A stretch of 64,000 nt of DNA, taken from a virus. A program made the position numbers and the translations under genes. Location of the stretch: IMG/VR virus record IMGVR_UViG_3300021171_000010, positions 1 to 64,000 of that record; one strand, 5' to 3'. Of this stretch, positions 6,982 to 17,763 are shown in pieces. The notes beneath the pieces were generated by a model. It did not search any database. It was not told the origin of the DNA and saw nothing but the letters and a program-made list of their open reading frames with translations. Positions within the stretch are counted from its first letter, which is position 1. The number at the start of each line of letters is the position of its first letter.

Positions 6982-9108
6982 ATGCCTCAAGGCAGCACCT
7001 TTGTCGCTAGCGACACCGATTTATCAGGCTCTGGATACCCGAGAAACTATCTTGGGTCTGTAATTCAGTCCCCCAAGCTCGATTCAGCGAACAAACCGAC
7101 GCAGAGGTCTATTAAAGATATCGGGATGGCGCGTGACGTCATCAAAACGGTAGTCATGGCCGGCCGGAATCGCTCCATCGTTAATTCTCGCATTCTGGCG
7201 AAGTATAATGCTGAGCGGCCCTATGATGCATACAAGCTGGAAGCCGAGGGCCTGGGCTGGCGTTCGAATTTTACTACCAAGCCGCTCCCTTCGATGATTG
7301 AAAAGGTGGCGCCCATCTTTTTGTCGGCCGTCAACAACCTCAAGTATTTTACCAACGCTTCACTTGACCCGAAGTGGCCTAACTCAGTGGAGAAGACGGA
7401 AAAATTTCGGAAAGCAATCACTGACACTATTCGCGCCTGGAATGGCTGGCAGACTTTTGTGGAAGACGTCGCGTTCAACAACGCTTTGTTTGGTCACAGC
7501 GTGGTGGCGTGGCTCGACGAGTTTTCTCCGTGGCCGAAACATTTTCAGCAGGATGAAAGTTTCATGGCGGATGGCACCAAGGCAAATCCCAAATGGGCAC
7601 AGATTGCAGTCTTGAAGGAAGTATATTTACCGCATGAACTTTTCGAACAAATCAAAGACCAGGAGTCGGCGAAACTTGCCGGCTGGAATTTAGAGAACAC
7701 GCGAGACGCAATTAACCGCGCTTCGCCGATGCAAGTCAGGGACCGTTTAAACGTAGGAGGCACACTTGAAACTTGGTATCAAAATGCCCTCCGGGAGCTT
7801 ACGATTGGCGCCTCGTATATGGCCGGGGCTTCGATTGTCGTGGTTTACACTCTACTGGCCCGGGAGGTGTCGGGCAAGGTGTCTCACTATCGAGTGGCGG
7901 GTCCCGAGATGCTGGAGATTTTCTCCCGTGATGACCGGTTTGACAGTATGGAGGCTGCGACGGCATTTTTCAGTTTCCAAAAAGGTAATGGCACTCTTCA
8001 CGGCTCCAAAGGCATTGGGCGTGATATTTACGAGTTGGCCGGAATGATTGACCGCACACGCAACGAAGTGGTTGACCGGCTCATCATGTCGGGCAAGACC
8101 ATGTTCCAGGGGGACGTTCGCCGGCTGCATACGTTCAAGATGTCTATCATCGGCAACGCTGTGCTGGTGCCCACGGGCTGGGTTCCGGTGGAGACGAAGG
8201 TAGATGGAAACGTTGATGCCTTTCTCAAGCTGGACGCGTATTTTGGACAACTGGTAAATCAGTTGATTGGTTCCGTGTCCACTCCGCCGGCGGATGTGGG
8301 CGAAGGGATGCGCTCTCCGGCCGCCTGGAATCTTTTGGCTCAGCGCGAGGAGCAAGGTCAGGATGTTCGCATTACGCGCTTCATGGTTCAGTTCTGTGAC
8401 TTCATACAGCAGATGCAGATTAAGCTGTGCGATTCGGATACTATCGAGCCGGCCGCGAAAGTGATGCAAAAGGATTTGCTGCAAATCATGACGCGCGAGG
8501 AGCTCGACGAATTAGCCAATCACCCAGTGGCCGGAACAGTAAAAGATTTGACGCCGATTCAACGGCAGCTTTTGGTGTCTATCGCGGGTGAGAAAAAAGG
8601 AAATCCACTTTACAATCAGCGTCAGCTTGAGCTGGAAGATTTGACTGCGCGCGTGAGCCCGGAATTCGCTGAACGCGTGTTATTGCCTGAGAATGACCCC
8701 ACAGTGACTGCAGAGCAAGACCGTCAACAGCAGCTTGAGATTATGCTGCTTTCGCACGGGCAGCCGGTGCCAGTCTCTCCGCGGGATAATCACCTTATCC
8801 ATTTGAATGTGATGATGCCAGTGCTGGAACAGACTGGCGGGCAGGTGATGCAGGGACAACTTACTACGGATGTTCTGGAAGCGATGATTGCGCACGTGAA
8901 CGACCATTACAACGCCGCGCTTAGCCAAGGCACTCGGCCCAAAGCTTTGGCGCAGGTGAAAGAATTGCTCGACAAGGCCGGCGAGGCTTTGGCTAAACTT
9001 AAGCAGATTGATGCGCAGGCTGCACAGCTATCACAGCAGCATCAGCAATTTATGCAGGGTGGTGCCCCAGCAGCTCCCGGAGCAGCACCAGCACCGCAAC
9101 CACAATAA
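6982..9108 (+). CDS. portal protein
   Basis: 708 aa after terL and before the scaffold; C-terminal PV..RDNH..HL motif and Gln/Pro-rich tail typical of podovirus portals. Confidence 0.75.
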   Translation: MPQGSTFVASDTDLSGSGYPRNYLGSVIQSPKLDSANKPTQRSIKDIGMARDVIKTVVMAGRNRSIVNSRILAKYNAERPYDAYKLEAEGLGWRSNFTTKPLPSMIEKVAPIFLSAVNNLKYFTNASLDPKWPNSVEKTEKFRKAITDTIRAWNGWQTFVEDVAFNNALFGHSVVAWLDEFSPWPKHFQQDESFMADGTKANPKWAQIAVLKEVYLPHELFEQIKDQESAKLAGWNLENTRDAINRASPMQVRDRLNVGGTLETWYQNALRELTIGASYMAGASIVVVYTLLAREVSGKVSHYRVAGPEMLEIFSRDDRFDSMEAATAFFSFQKGNGTLHGSKGIGRDIYELAGMIDRTRNEVVDRLIMSGKTMFQGDVRRLHTFKMSIIGNAVLVPTGWVPVETKVDGNVDAFLKLDAYFGQLVNQLIGSVSTPPADVGEGMRSPAAWNLLAQREEQGQDVRITRFMVQFCDFIQQMQIKLCDSDTIEPAAKVMQKDLLQIMTREELDELANHPVAGTVKDLTPIQRQLLVSIAGEKKGNPLYNQRQLELEDLTARVSPEFAERVLLPENDPTVTAEQDRQQQLEIMLLSHGQPVPVSPRDNHLIHLNVMMPVLEQTGGQVMQGQLTTDVLEAMIAHVNDHYNAALSQGTRPKALAQVKELLDKAGEALAKLKQIDAQAAQLSQQHQQFMQGGAPAAPGAAPAPQPQ

Positions 9109-9126
9109 ACGAAACCATACTGACCT

Positions 9127-9477
9127 ATGGAAATACAAGCTGGCCCGCTTGATTGGGCCTCGAACGATTACGATAATTGGGCCGCGTTTCTTAACACAGA
9201 AACCGGCAGGCGTTTTCTCCCTCGCCTGCTTGAGTCTGTTCCTCCGCTTATCGAGGGTGGCGACACAAACGCGATTCTGATTCGGACCGGAGTCGTTAGG
9301 GGTTTTCAATTGGCCGTTCAAGAATTAGCGCGTATGGCGCGTAATGATGGACCGCCCCCCAAAGTGGTAGATACACATCCTCCCTTGGAAGATGATAAAG
9401 CCTGGAATGACGGGCAGACCCTTGACCCAAATCCGCCCGCCCGCCCCGTTCTTGAACCTGACTTTTCGAAAGTATAA
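9127..9477 (+). CDS. small portal-adjacent protein
   Basis: FLNTETGRRFL motif and position between portal and scaffold. Confidence 0.6.
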   Translation: MEIQAGPLDWASNDYDNWAAFLNTETGRRFLPRLLESVPPLIEGGDTNAILIRTGVVRGFQLAVQELARMARNDGPPPKVVDTHPPLEDDKAWNDGQTLDPNPPARPVLEPDFSKV

Positions 9478-9480
9478 TTT

Positions 9481-10866
9481 ATGCCTGACCCTATTATTCA
9501 GCCCAGTCCCATGGACCCTGCAGCCGTGGAAGACCATAATAAACAAATCGCGCAGAAAGTGGCGGCCCAAGACATCATGGGCGCTTCCATGACGCCCGGT
9601 TCGACGGAGCCGGCACAGTCGGCGCTTGATAAACTTTTTCAGGAGAACGAAGCTCGACTGAAAGCGGCAGCGGGTGGGAAAGAGGCACCCGACCCGAACG
9701 CTACCCCCGCTACTCCGAAGACTACGGATGAGCCGGCGCCGAAGCCCGCCGAGCCGGTAGCCGAGCCTAAGGCGGATGAGACTCCTGCCCCAGCAGCGGA
9801 GCCCACACCGGAGCAGAAGCGCGCTGAGGAGCTTTTCAAAGATGCGCCTAAGCTTCCTACCGGCGCTAGTCCGAAGTCGGCCGAGGCCTTCAACCATGTT
9901 AAGGTGGAAGCGGCGAAAAAGATGATGGATTTGGAGAACAAACTTGCTGAGACATCGAAGGCTTTGGAAGAGGAGCGCAAGCGAGCTACCACTCCGACCA
10001 CTGAGCAGCTTGAAAAAGAAAACGAGCTCAAGGAGCTCCGGAACTGGCGCGCCAAGGTGGACGTTCAGTTTGACCCCGCGTTTCGAGAATTCGACAAGCA
10101 GATTTCTGAAGCGAGCGAATTTATTTACGCGCAGCTCAAGGAGTCGCCGGCCATCAATGATGACCACATTAATCTTATTAAGCAATATGGTGGTCCACAT
10201 AAGATTAATCTAACCAAGCTTTTCGAGACCATCAAAGACCCTACGCTGCAGCGCTCGATTGAGAATCAGGTGAATGAGCTGAAGCGGATTGAATACCAGA
10301 AGGGCAAAAAGATTGCTGAGGCAAAAGACAACATCGAGACTTACACGCAGGCGCGCGAGGAGCATTGGAAGAAGCAGGCAACCGCGCACACGATGGAAAC
10401 TCAGAATCAGCTTACCGCGCTTTTCAAAGACAAGTCCATGGAATGGTTTGCTCCAAAGAAGCCGGCTGATAGTGCGACAGCGGAGGAGAAGAAGGCCGCC
10501 GAGGCGCACAATGCTTTCATCTCAGAATTGAATGACCAGATAAAAGCCGCGGCCAATGACGATTCACCACAGATGCGCGCGGTTCTGGTCGCTGGCATGG
10601 CTCAGCTTTTCAATCTGCAGCGGGAGCATGCGAGCCTTAAGGCTCAATTGGAATCGGCCGTTAAAGAGCGTGATGCACTTTCCACTAAAATGGAAAAAAT
10701 CAAGGCCTCTGCCACTACTCGGTTGCGCGAGAGCGCTGCGCCGGGCGAGGGTGTGCGGCAGCCAGCCAAGCCGGCTGTGGGTGTTAAGACGCGCACGGAA
10801 GACGCGGTTGACGCTCTGGCGCGCCAAGTGATGGAAGAGCGCCAAGCTAAGGGATTACCCGTCTGA
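9481..10866 (+). CDS. capsid scaffolding protein
   Basis: Pro/Glu/Ala-rich N-terminus, long coiled coil, position in the head module. Confidence 0.7.
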   Translation: MPDPIIQPSPMDPAAVEDHNKQIAQKVAAQDIMGASMTPGSTEPAQSALDKLFQENEARLKAAAGGKEAPDPNATPATPKTTDEPAPKPAEPVAEPKADETPAPAAEPTPEQKRAEELFKDAPKLPTGASPKSAEAFNHVKVEAAKKMMDLENKLAETSKALEEERKRATTPTTEQLEKENELKELRNWRAKVDVQFDPAFREFDKQISEASEFIYAQLKESPAINDDHINLIKQYGGPHKINLTKLFETIKDPTLQRSIENQVNELKRIEYQKGKKIAEAKDNIETYTQAREEHWKKQATAHTMETQNQLTALFKDKSMEWFAPKKPADSATAEEKKAAEAHNAFISELNDQIKAAANDDSPQMRAVLVAGMAQLFNLQREHASLKAQLESAVKERDALSTKMEKIKASATTRLRESAAPGEGVRQPAKPAVGVKTRTEDAVDALARQVMEERQAKGLPV

Positions 10867-10871
10867 TTTAT

Positions 10872-11771
10872 ATGTCACTCGTTCCATCTGACCATGGTGC
10901 GGGAATCAATACGAAGCCGACCTTTCCGGCGACTTCGGTGATTCAATATGACAAGAAGGTGCTGGTTGCGCTTCCTTGGCAGAAATCCGTTAATCCTATC
11001 ACGTCTTTTTGCGTGTCCCAGCTAATGGACCGCCGGCGAACAGCGGCAATGATTTCCTTCGGTGATGCTTTTGTGGCGCACACCAGGAACTCCTGCGCCG
11101 ATGTTTTTCTTGAATCCCCGTGCGAGTGGATGCTGATGATTGATGACGACATGATTTTGCCTTTCGGTGACCCCGGATGGTTTCGCACATACACGGGCTT
11201 TCAATTCGCTGAAAAATTCATGTCTTTGAATGCGATTGACCGGCTGATGAGTCACAAGAAAACCGTGGTGGGTGCTTTGTATTTCGGGCGTCATCCGGCG
11301 GCGCCGGCAGTCTTCAATGAAGGGCAAGCAGATAGCGCGGTGTCTGTTTATTGTCGGCGCGGCCCGCACGATGAAATTCGCGCTACTAAGTGGGTAGGAA
11401 CTGGCTGTTTGTTGGTGCATCGCTCAGTGTTCGAAGCTATTGAAAGAAAGTTTCCCAGGTTGGCTAGGAATGGAAAACGGGGAGGAAATTGGTTTACGTC
11501 TACTGAAGCCAGTGTAGTGTCTAAGCTTGAACAGATTCGCAGTGAGCTTCAGCAGGGGCCTTTGGATGGGACCAAAGCGTATAAAGCTTTGGAGGGCGTC
11601 ACGGCGGCACTAGCCCTTGCAGAGCACGAGAACATGCTTGGGTTTGGTGAAGACGTCTCATTTTGTATGCGGGCAGCCGCGGTCGGGCACCCAGCGCACG
11701 TGGACCTGGGTTTGATTTGCGGCCACATTGGGCACGCCGTCTACGGGCCGCACAACACCGGTTTGCGATGA
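10872..11771 (+). CDS. GT-A fold glycosyltransferase (GT2-like)
   Basis: RN...FL...EWMLMIDDDM (DxD), VGTGCLLVHRSVF, GEDVSFC, CGHIG. Confidence 0.82.
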   Translation: MSLVPSDHGAGINTKPTFPATSVIQYDKKVLVALPWQKSVNPITSFCVSQLMDRRRTAAMISFGDAFVAHTRNSCADVFLESPCEWMLMIDDDMILPFGDPGWFRTYTGFQFAEKFMSLNAIDRLMSHKKTVVGALYFGRHPAAPAVFNEGQADSAVSVYCRRGPHDEIRATKWVGTGCLLVHRSVFEAIERKFPRLARNGKRGGNWFTSTEASVVSKLEQIRSELQQGPLDGTKAYKALEGVTAALALAEHENMLGFGEDVSFCMRAAAVGHPAHVDLGLICGHIGHAVYGPHNTGLR

Positions 11772-12502
11772 GTCCCAAAATCCTAATATGCTTGGAGTTT
11801 TGGGAGGGCGACAAAGCCCAATCGATGCAGCTCGCGCGATTCATCGCCGACCTTCAGCCCGGGCGCTGTGATTCTGCCGATTTTCTTTTCGTGTCACGTT
11901 TTGACTGTTCGCAGGATGCGGAAACAATTAAATATGTTGCTCGAAAGTTCAACGTGCACCACTACCGCAGTCCGAAGTCTGGCACGGGTTGGCCTCATGG
12001 TTGCAATGAATTGTGGTTCGGTGCCATGGAGTGGATTTATCACATGATAGAGGCTAAGAAAGTGCCTCAATATAAGGCCATTTTTACAATCGAGGGAGAC
12101 GGGCTTCCTCTGCAGTCAAACTGGATTGTGGACTTCTCTCGTAAGTGGGATGAACTAAATGCTATAAAGCCTGTTTATGTAGCAGGCGCTATATTGAATC
12201 CCGGCGAAGACGGGGAGCACGTGAACGGCCAAGCGTTCTTCTCTGGTGACCTTCGATTTTTATTTTGGATTGTTAAACGAATTAACGGAGCTCCTTCGAA
12301 TTGCGGCTGGGATTATTGGTTGCGGAAGGATTTTGCCCGATGGGGGCAGGCGCAGATGCCCGGGCTTCGTTGCTACTGGGGCACTAAGACTTTCTCACAG
12401 GAGCAGTATGAGCAGGAGCAACGAGATGGCACCGTGTGGCTGCACGGAGTTAAAGACAATTCACTATACTCAATGAGCCGAAAGAAACTCTTGAACGTAT
12501 GA
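11768..12502 (+). CDS. putative GT-A fold glycosyltransferase
   Basis: IFTIEGDGLPL (ExD), H.NG, GWDY, C-terminal LHGVKD. Start at ATG 11768 (ATGA overlap). Confidence 0.6.
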   Translation: MSPKILICLEFWEGDKAQSMQLARFIADLQPGRCDSADFLFVSRFDCSQDAETIKYVARKFNVHHYRSPKSGTGWPHGCNELWFGAMEWIYHMIEAKKVPQYKAIFTIEGDGLPLQSNWIVDFSRKWDELNAIKPVYVAGAILNPGEDGEHVNGQAFFSGDLRFLFWIVKRINGAPSNCGWDYWLRKDFARWGQAQMPGLRCYWGTKTFSQEQYEQEQRDGTVWLHGVKDNSLYSMSRKKLLNV

Positions 12503-13434
12503 TGGACCGAAATCGAAAAGTTTACGTGGCCGGACATCGTGGTCTCGCGGGCCGCGCAATTCTTCGGGAGCTAAATACCTTAGGATTTGAAAACGTGTTG
12601 ACGATTCCGCACAATTTATTGGACCTACGAAATCAGAAGGAAGTTTTTTCGATGTTCAAGCATGAGCGCCCCGATTACGTTTTTCTGTGTGCAGCTAAGG
12701 TGGGTGGAATTGTGGCGCATCTCAATTCGCCTGTTGATTTTTTGGTGGACAATCTGGCCATCCAAACGAACGTTATGCAGGCGGCTAAGCAATGCGGCGT
12801 GGAAAAGCTTTTATTCTTGGGGTCTGCGTGCGCGTATCCGAAGTTTGCGCCTAATCCAATCAAGGAAGAGTATCTACTTACCGGCGAACTTGAGCCTTCA
12901 AACCGGGGGTATGCTCTGGCGAAGATTGCGGGCATTGAAGCGTGCAAGGCATATCGAAGGCAATACAATTGTGATTTTATCGCGTGTATGCCAACTAACT
13001 TCTATGGGCCGGGCGACAACTATCATGCAGAAAATTCGCACGTTATTCCTGGCATGATACGCAAACTGCACGAAGCCAAAAAAGCAGGCGTCTGCAAAGC
13101 TGTATTGTGGGGGACCGGATTCCCGGTTCGTGAATTTATCTATTCCGACGACTTGGCCCGCGCGTGTATTTTTCTCATGAATAATTACAGCAGCGGGGAG
13201 CTTATAAATTTAGGTTCCGGGGAGAATGTGACCTTGCGCGAATTGGCGCGTCTGGTAGCGGCCGCGGTGAATTACCAGGGCGATGTTATCTGGGATACGG
13301 AGAAACCGGACGGAACCCCCGAGCGAAGGCTAGATAATTCCAAGCTTTTTGAAATGGGCTGGCTGCCGACTGTTGGACTGGGCTATGGTTTGCTAGAAGC
13401 CTACAAAGATTTTTTATGCCGAGAGCACTTATAA
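12499..13434 (+). CDS. fcl: GDP-L-fucose synthase (epimerase/reductase)
   Basis: [35 protein letters not shown] (YxxxK), PTNFYGP.DN, SHVIPG, WGTG.P.REF, KPDGTP. Confidence 0.95.
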   Translation: MMDRNRKVYVAGHRGLAGRAILRELNTLGFENVLTIPHNLLDLRNQKEVFSMFKHERPDYVFLCAAKVGGIVAHLNSPVDFLVDNLAIQTNVMQAAKQCGVEKLLFLGSACAYPKFAPNPIKEEYLLTGELEPSNRGYALAKIAGIEACKAYRRQYNCDFIACMPTNFYGPGDNYHAENSHVIPGMIRKLHEAKKAGVCKAVLWGTGFPVREFIYSDDLARACIFLMNNYSSGELINLGSGENVTLRELARLVAAAVNYQGDVIWDTEKPDGTPERRLDNSKLFEMGWLPTVGLGYGLLEAYKDFLCREHL

Positions 13435-14366
13435 CTGGAATAACCGGGCAGGATGGTAGCCATCTTGCTGAATTGCTGTTGTCAAAAGGCTATGAGGTGC
13501 ATGGCATCATGCGCCGGGCTAGCACCTTCAACACGGCGCGTATCGACCACATATGGGATAAACTGTATATTCACCATGGTGACCTAACGGATTCGGGCAA
13601 TCTCTCGCGCATCGTTCACACAGTGGCGCCGGATGAGGTTTACAACTTGGGTGCGCAGTCGCACGTGAAGGTGTCCTTTGATGTTCCGGAATATTCTATG
13701 GAAGCGACCGGCGGCGGCTCGCTTCGATTGCTGGAAGCGGTGAAGGAATTCGCTCCTGGCGCTCGGTTTTATCAAGCGAGCTCGTCCGAGATGTTCGGCT
13801 CTTCGCCCCCGCCTCAGAATGAGTCCACCCCGTTTCATCCACGCAGCCCTTACGGATGCGCAAAGGTTTTCGCCTACTGGACCGCGGTAAATTATCGAGA
13901 AGCTTACAAAATGCATGTGAGCAACGGGATTTTATTCAACCACGAGGGACCGCGCCGCGGAGAGACTTTTGTTACGCGAAAAATTACCCGGGCTGTGGCT
14001 CGAATAAGGAAGGGGCTGCAGAAAGAGCTGGTGCTTGGTAATCTTAATGCTCTTCGTGATTGGGGGTATGCCGGCGACTTTGTGGAGGCTATGTGGTTAA
14101 TGGTGCAGAAATCTTGGGCTGATGATTACGTTATTGCTACGGGCGAGATGCATACGGTGAAGGAATTTATTGAGCTCGCTTTCGATTATGTGGGCCTTCC
14201 CTGGGAGCCTTACGTGAAGACGGACCCTAAATATTTTCGTCCCTCTGAGGTGGATGCGCTGCAGGGCGATGCGACGAAAGCGTTTAAACAGCTCGGGTGG
14301 AAACCTAAAACTTCGTTTGCTGACCTTGTGGCGATGATGGTTGAGAACGACCTAAAGATAGTATGA
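13416..14366 (+). CDS. gmd: GDP-mannose 4,6-dehydratase
   Basis: [71 protein letters not shown]. Confidence 0.97.
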   Translation: MPRALITGITGQDGSHLAELLLSKGYEVHGIMRRASTFNTARIDHIWDKLYIHHGDLTDSGNLSRIVHTVAPDEVYNLGAQSHVKVSFDVPEYSMEATGGGSLRLLEAVKEFAPGARFYQASSSEMFGSSPPPQNESTPFHPRSPYGCAKVFAYWTAVNYREAYKMHVSNGILFNHEGPRRGETFVTRKITRAVARIRKGLQKELVLGNLNALRDWGYAGDFVEAMWLMVQKSWADDYVIATGEMHTVKEFIELAFDYVGLPWEPYVKTDPKYFRPSEVDALQGDATKAFKQLGWKPKTSFADLVAMMVENDLKIV

Positions 14367-15094
14367 ACAATAATACGATGGTTGTAGTTTGTGGATACGC
14401 GGGGGACGCGCATCAGATTCGAAATTTGATGCCTTATTATTTACACCATCGTTGTCCTGTCCTCATTTTGTCCCCTTCAGATTCTCCCATCACGCCCCAG
14501 CAGCTTCCTATCCGTAGAGAGCTTGGGTTTTTGACTGGGGGTAAGCGTGCATACACCGGCCAAGAATCTCTTGACCGTCAGATTGAGCACATGCGATTGA
14601 TGCTACGGTGCCCGGCTGAGTATAAATTTTTTCTCGCTCATGATTCGGATTCTGTTGTGTTGAGCCAAGAGCTTCCTAGCTATATCTACAATGAGCCCGA
14701 TGTTCTGTGGTCAAATGAAGTCAGCGATGCGATGCATGACCCTCACCGACCGGCGGATTATTCATATCCGCATCTTGCTTTTCAGCCGCCATATTTTATG
14801 TCGCGAGGGGTCATTGAGCGTTTGTTAAGCGTAGCGCCGGCGGTGAAAGCGGACCCGCACACGCCCTTTATCGATTGGGCAATGATGGCCTGGGCCGTTA
14901 AGGCGGGGATTCCACACAAGAATTTTATTGAGGGCGCCAGTTGTCCCACTACTCCTGGCTATGGTATTGACACGATGAAAGAACTTGTTGAAAGGCATGG
15001 GCGGTATTTCGTCCATTCGGTGAAAACCCCCGAGGCGTTGAAGACATTGGTGTGGGCTCGCGTAGCTTTTAAGAATCGTTTTAGGAAGGGTTGA
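14363..15094 (+). CDS. putative GT-A fold glycosyltransferase
   Basis: [10 protein letters not shown] (DxD), PPYFMSR, FIDW, C-terminal FVHSVK. ATGA-coupled to gmd. Confidence 0.55.
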   Translation: MNNNTMVVVCGYAGDAHQIRNLMPYYLHHRCPVLILSPSDSPITPQQLPIRRELGFLTGGKRAYTGQESLDRQIEHMRLMLRCPAEYKFFLAHDSDSVVLSQELPSYIYNEPDVLWSNEVSDAMHDPHRPADYSYPHLAFQPPYFMSRGVIERLLSVAPAVKADPHTPFIDWAMMAWAVKAGIPHKNFIEGASCPTTPGYGIDTMKELVERHGRYFVHSVKTPEALKTLVWARVAFKNRFRKG

Positions 15095-15186
15095 GTGTCT
15101 ACTTTAGAATACACACTATTATCTCAGCTATGGGGGGATATCCCCCGGGGCCGCAGTTGCAGGCAGCGCAGGACTGTTAATCCAGC

Positions 15187-15687
15187 ATGCAAGTATCTGG
15201 CAATAGTGGAATTAGAGCAGGGAAGTTCTCCACTTCCCTTAAGATAGTCCCACCCATAACCACGGCAAATTATTCGGCGGGCCAGAGCCTGGGAGGGCTC
15301 ATAACATTGTCCAATGCTGTTAGAATAGCGGGCCAAGGTTCCACGCTGTCCAGTATTACGGTGGCGGACAACTCTAGGCAGAATGCCGCTTTTTCTATTG
15401 TGCTATTTGATGCTAAGCCCACTACAGCCACAATCACAGACCACGTAGCTTTTTCGTTTGGGGCAACAGATATTGCCAAAGCTGCCGCACTTTTTCCTAT
15501 TACATCACAAGAATATGTGAATATAGATTCGGGGTCATCAATCGCGACCGTCCCGGGAATTAATGTTTACATAAAGAATAATGAGAATACTTTATTCTTA
15601 TATGCAGCGCTCGTGGTAGCTGCTGGAGGCCCGCACTATACTTCAGTTTCTTCACTACAATTCATATTCGCGTTTTCCCAGGATTAA
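15187..15687 (+). CDS. beta-rich virion decoration-like protein (paralog 1)
   Basis: Thr/Ser-rich; aligns by eye with 15691-16152 and the C-terminus of 17764-18669. Confidence 0.6.
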   Translation: MQVSGNSGIRAGKFSTSLKIVPPITTANYSAGQSLGGLITLSNAVRIAGQGSTLSSITVADNSRQNAAFSIVLFDAKPTTATITDHVAFSFGATDIAKAAALFPITSQEYVNIDSGSSIATVPGINVYIKNNENTLFLYAALVVAAGGPHYTSVSSLQFIFAFSQD

Positions 15688-15690
15688 TCA

Positions 15691-16152
15691 GTGGACAACA
15701 CCAACTCAGTTGTAATAATTTTGCAACACCCTACAATTTCAACTGCTGCGTATCAGACTGGTTTTGTGGTCGGGGGTCTTCAAACTTTATCGAATGCTTT
15801 GTCTTCGAGACAAACGGGAATTTTGAATTCTTTGCGTGTGCTCGATAGGTCTAATCAAAGGGCTCCTTTAGATGTGATTTTATTCAGCTCCCAACCCACA
15901 GCCGCAGCCACAGTAGACCACGCAGCGTTTTCATTTTCTACTGATGATTTGAAAGTCATTGCCATAATTTCAATTCTCACCACGGATTATGTGACTGTTG
16001 GCGGTAAGGCCTTGGCCACAGCACCTAACCTGGGACAATCTCTTGCGGTGCCTAGTGGGACCACGCTCTACGCCGTTGCTGTGACTTCTGGGACTCCTAT
16101 ATACACCACTGCAACGGACATTCAATTTGTTTGGGGATTCATTACAGATTGA
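15691..16152 (+). CDS. beta-rich virion decoration-like protein (paralog 2)
   Basis: PTIST.AY..GF.VG.LQTL.NA...TGIL.SL..LD.SNQ.AP.D...STDDLKVI...DYVT...TLYAVA.TSGTP.Y is shared with 17764. Confidence 0.65.
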   Translation: MDNTNSVVIILQHPTISTAAYQTGFVVGGLQTLSNALSSRQTGILNSLRVLDRSNQRAPLDVILFSSQPTAAATVDHAAFSFSTDDLKVIAIISILTTDYVTVGGKALATAPNLGQSLAVPSGTTLYAVAVTSGTPIYTTATDIQFVWGFITD

Positions 16153-16338
16153 TTTTTTCTGGGCATTCACCCACTGTTATTTTAGAGCCTTAAAAAGGTC
16201 CCGCCCCGGCTCATGCGGGAAGTTGCCTATTGCTGTTGGCCGCAGCGAAAAAGAAAACTGAGCGAGTCCAGTGTTTAGACCGCCCGGGCAAATTTCGGGG
16301 CACCGGCTGACAGTCCCCAGCAATTGTTAGGCAATTTT

Positions 16339-17655
16339 ATGGCTTTTTTCTGCGATAATCCTAGCGCGATTTCTGATATTGCGTCAAAGGATACAAACCG
16401 CATCGTGGGCACCATCGCTAAAGCGCTGGCCGCGAATGCTCCTTTCATGAACGTCATTCAGGGCGGAGTGTTTCCGTCTGGCACGTCTGACGCTATCCGG
16501 TCCATCGTCCAGATGCAGGCCGCTCCGGGCGACTCCCTGGCGGTTCCTAATTTCGTCTGCGATACCGACATCTGCGGTCAGACTGGTATCCAGGACTTGA
16601 CAGATACCGTTGAGTTTACCCTCCGGCTGGAAAGCTTCAGGGGTCGTGGTCCAAACATCTGCGTTAAGAAAGGCTACGCGGCCTTCAAAGGCAGTTATGT
16701 GATGGCTGAAGACTCGCTGAAGAAACTCGTTGTGCAGTATATCAACGCGGACATCCGCGCTCAGTTATACCTGCGCTCTGCGAGCAAATTCACCGCGAAT
16801 GCTGGCTATGATTTCAACTCGCTGTTCACCGGCGGTTTGGAAACTGACTTGGGTGTCAAGTTTGCGCCCCTGTTGCCTACCGGCCCCATGACCTTCAAGG
16901 CCTTGCATTTCATTGCGCGATATATGCGCGAGGTTCTTTTCGCCGAATGGTATTCGGCCGACCAGGGCATGCCCCATTTTCGGTTCATCGGCAGCTCCGA
17001 CCAAGTGGAATATTTCCGGTCGGAAGTCGGCGTGCAAAACGTCATGATTGGTTTGACCACTGGCGGTTATAAGCTCGGCGAGGAAACCCTCACCGCTTAT
17101 TCCTTCGAACAGAGCCCTGCTTATCGGGGCATCGCGTTCGGTGTTGACCAGCGGCCTTTGCGGTCCACCGGCTTTAACGCTGATGGCACCCTGGCGCTGA
17201 TTAACCCTATCACCATCGTGGCGAATCCTGCGCGCGGCGTTGCTTTCGCTAAGCCCAATCCGGCTTGGCTGAGCGCTCCATATGAAGTGGGTTTTCTCAT
17301 CGCTGATGGCTCGTTTGAGCGTTTGGTGCCCGAGAAGTATGTTGGCGAAGGTTCCTTCAAGTTCGCGCCTCAGTTGCACATGGGCGAGCTCGAATGGCAC
17401 TATATCATCGACAATCAATGTAATCAGTGGGGCGACTTTGGATGGCACAAGTATCAGATTACTCGCGCCTACCGGCCTTTGCGCCCGCAGCACATCGTGC
17501 CGATTCTGTATGGACGCTGCACCGCCGACCTGGGCTTGGTGGCTTGCGCTAATCCTACTACCAGCACCTTCAGTGGGGCGTTCAGCTACACTAACGTGGG
17601 TGTTTGCGGCGACAATGAATCGCCTGTGATTGGGCCTGGATTCCCCACCCTCTGA
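16339..17655 (+). CDS. major capsid protein
   Basis: About 438 aa in the head module, strongly biased codon usage, own upstream promoter motif and downstream hairpins. Start at ATG 16339. The call rests on position and size, not on a diagnostic motif. Confidence 0.72.
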   Translation: MAFFCDNPSAISDIASKDTNRIVGTIAKALAANAPFMNVIQGGVFPSGTSDAIRSIVQMQAAPGDSLAVPNFVCDTDICGQTGIQDLTDTVEFTLRLESFRGRGPNICVKKGYAAFKGSYVMAEDSLKKLVVQYINADIRAQLYLRSASKFTANAGYDFNSLFTGGLETDLGVKFAPLLPTGPMTFKALHFIARYMREVLFAEWYSADQGMPHFRFIGSSDQVEYFRSEVGVQNVMIGLTTGGYKLGEETLTAYSFEQSPAYRGIAFGVDQRPLRSTGFNADGTLALINPITIVANPARGVAFAKPNPAWLSAPYEVGFLIADGSFERLVPEKYVGEGSFKFAPQLHMGELEWHYIIDNQCNQWGDFGWHKYQITRAYRPLRPQHIVPILYGRCTADLGLVACANPTTSTFSGAFSYTNVGVCGDNESPVIGPGFPTL

Positions 17656-17662
17656 GCAAATC

Positions 17663-17724
17663 TAGCTCTCCCTGAGAGCTAAGCAGAAACGAGGGGCGCA
17701 CAGTGGTCAGGCTGTGCGCCCCTT
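17663..17724 (+). terminator. tandem hairpins after the capsid gene
   Basis: TAGCTCTC-cct-GAGAGCTA and AGGGGCGCACAG-N8-CTGTGCGCCCCT. Confidence 0.6.
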
Positions 17725-17763
17725 AATAAAAACTGACAAACATTTTATCCGTTAGGCGAATTT

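Noticed and set aside
15133-15146. Perfect palindrome GGGGGATATCCCCC before the decoration genes
   Set aside because: Single occurrence with no second copy noticed; it cannot be distinguished from a simple hairpin.
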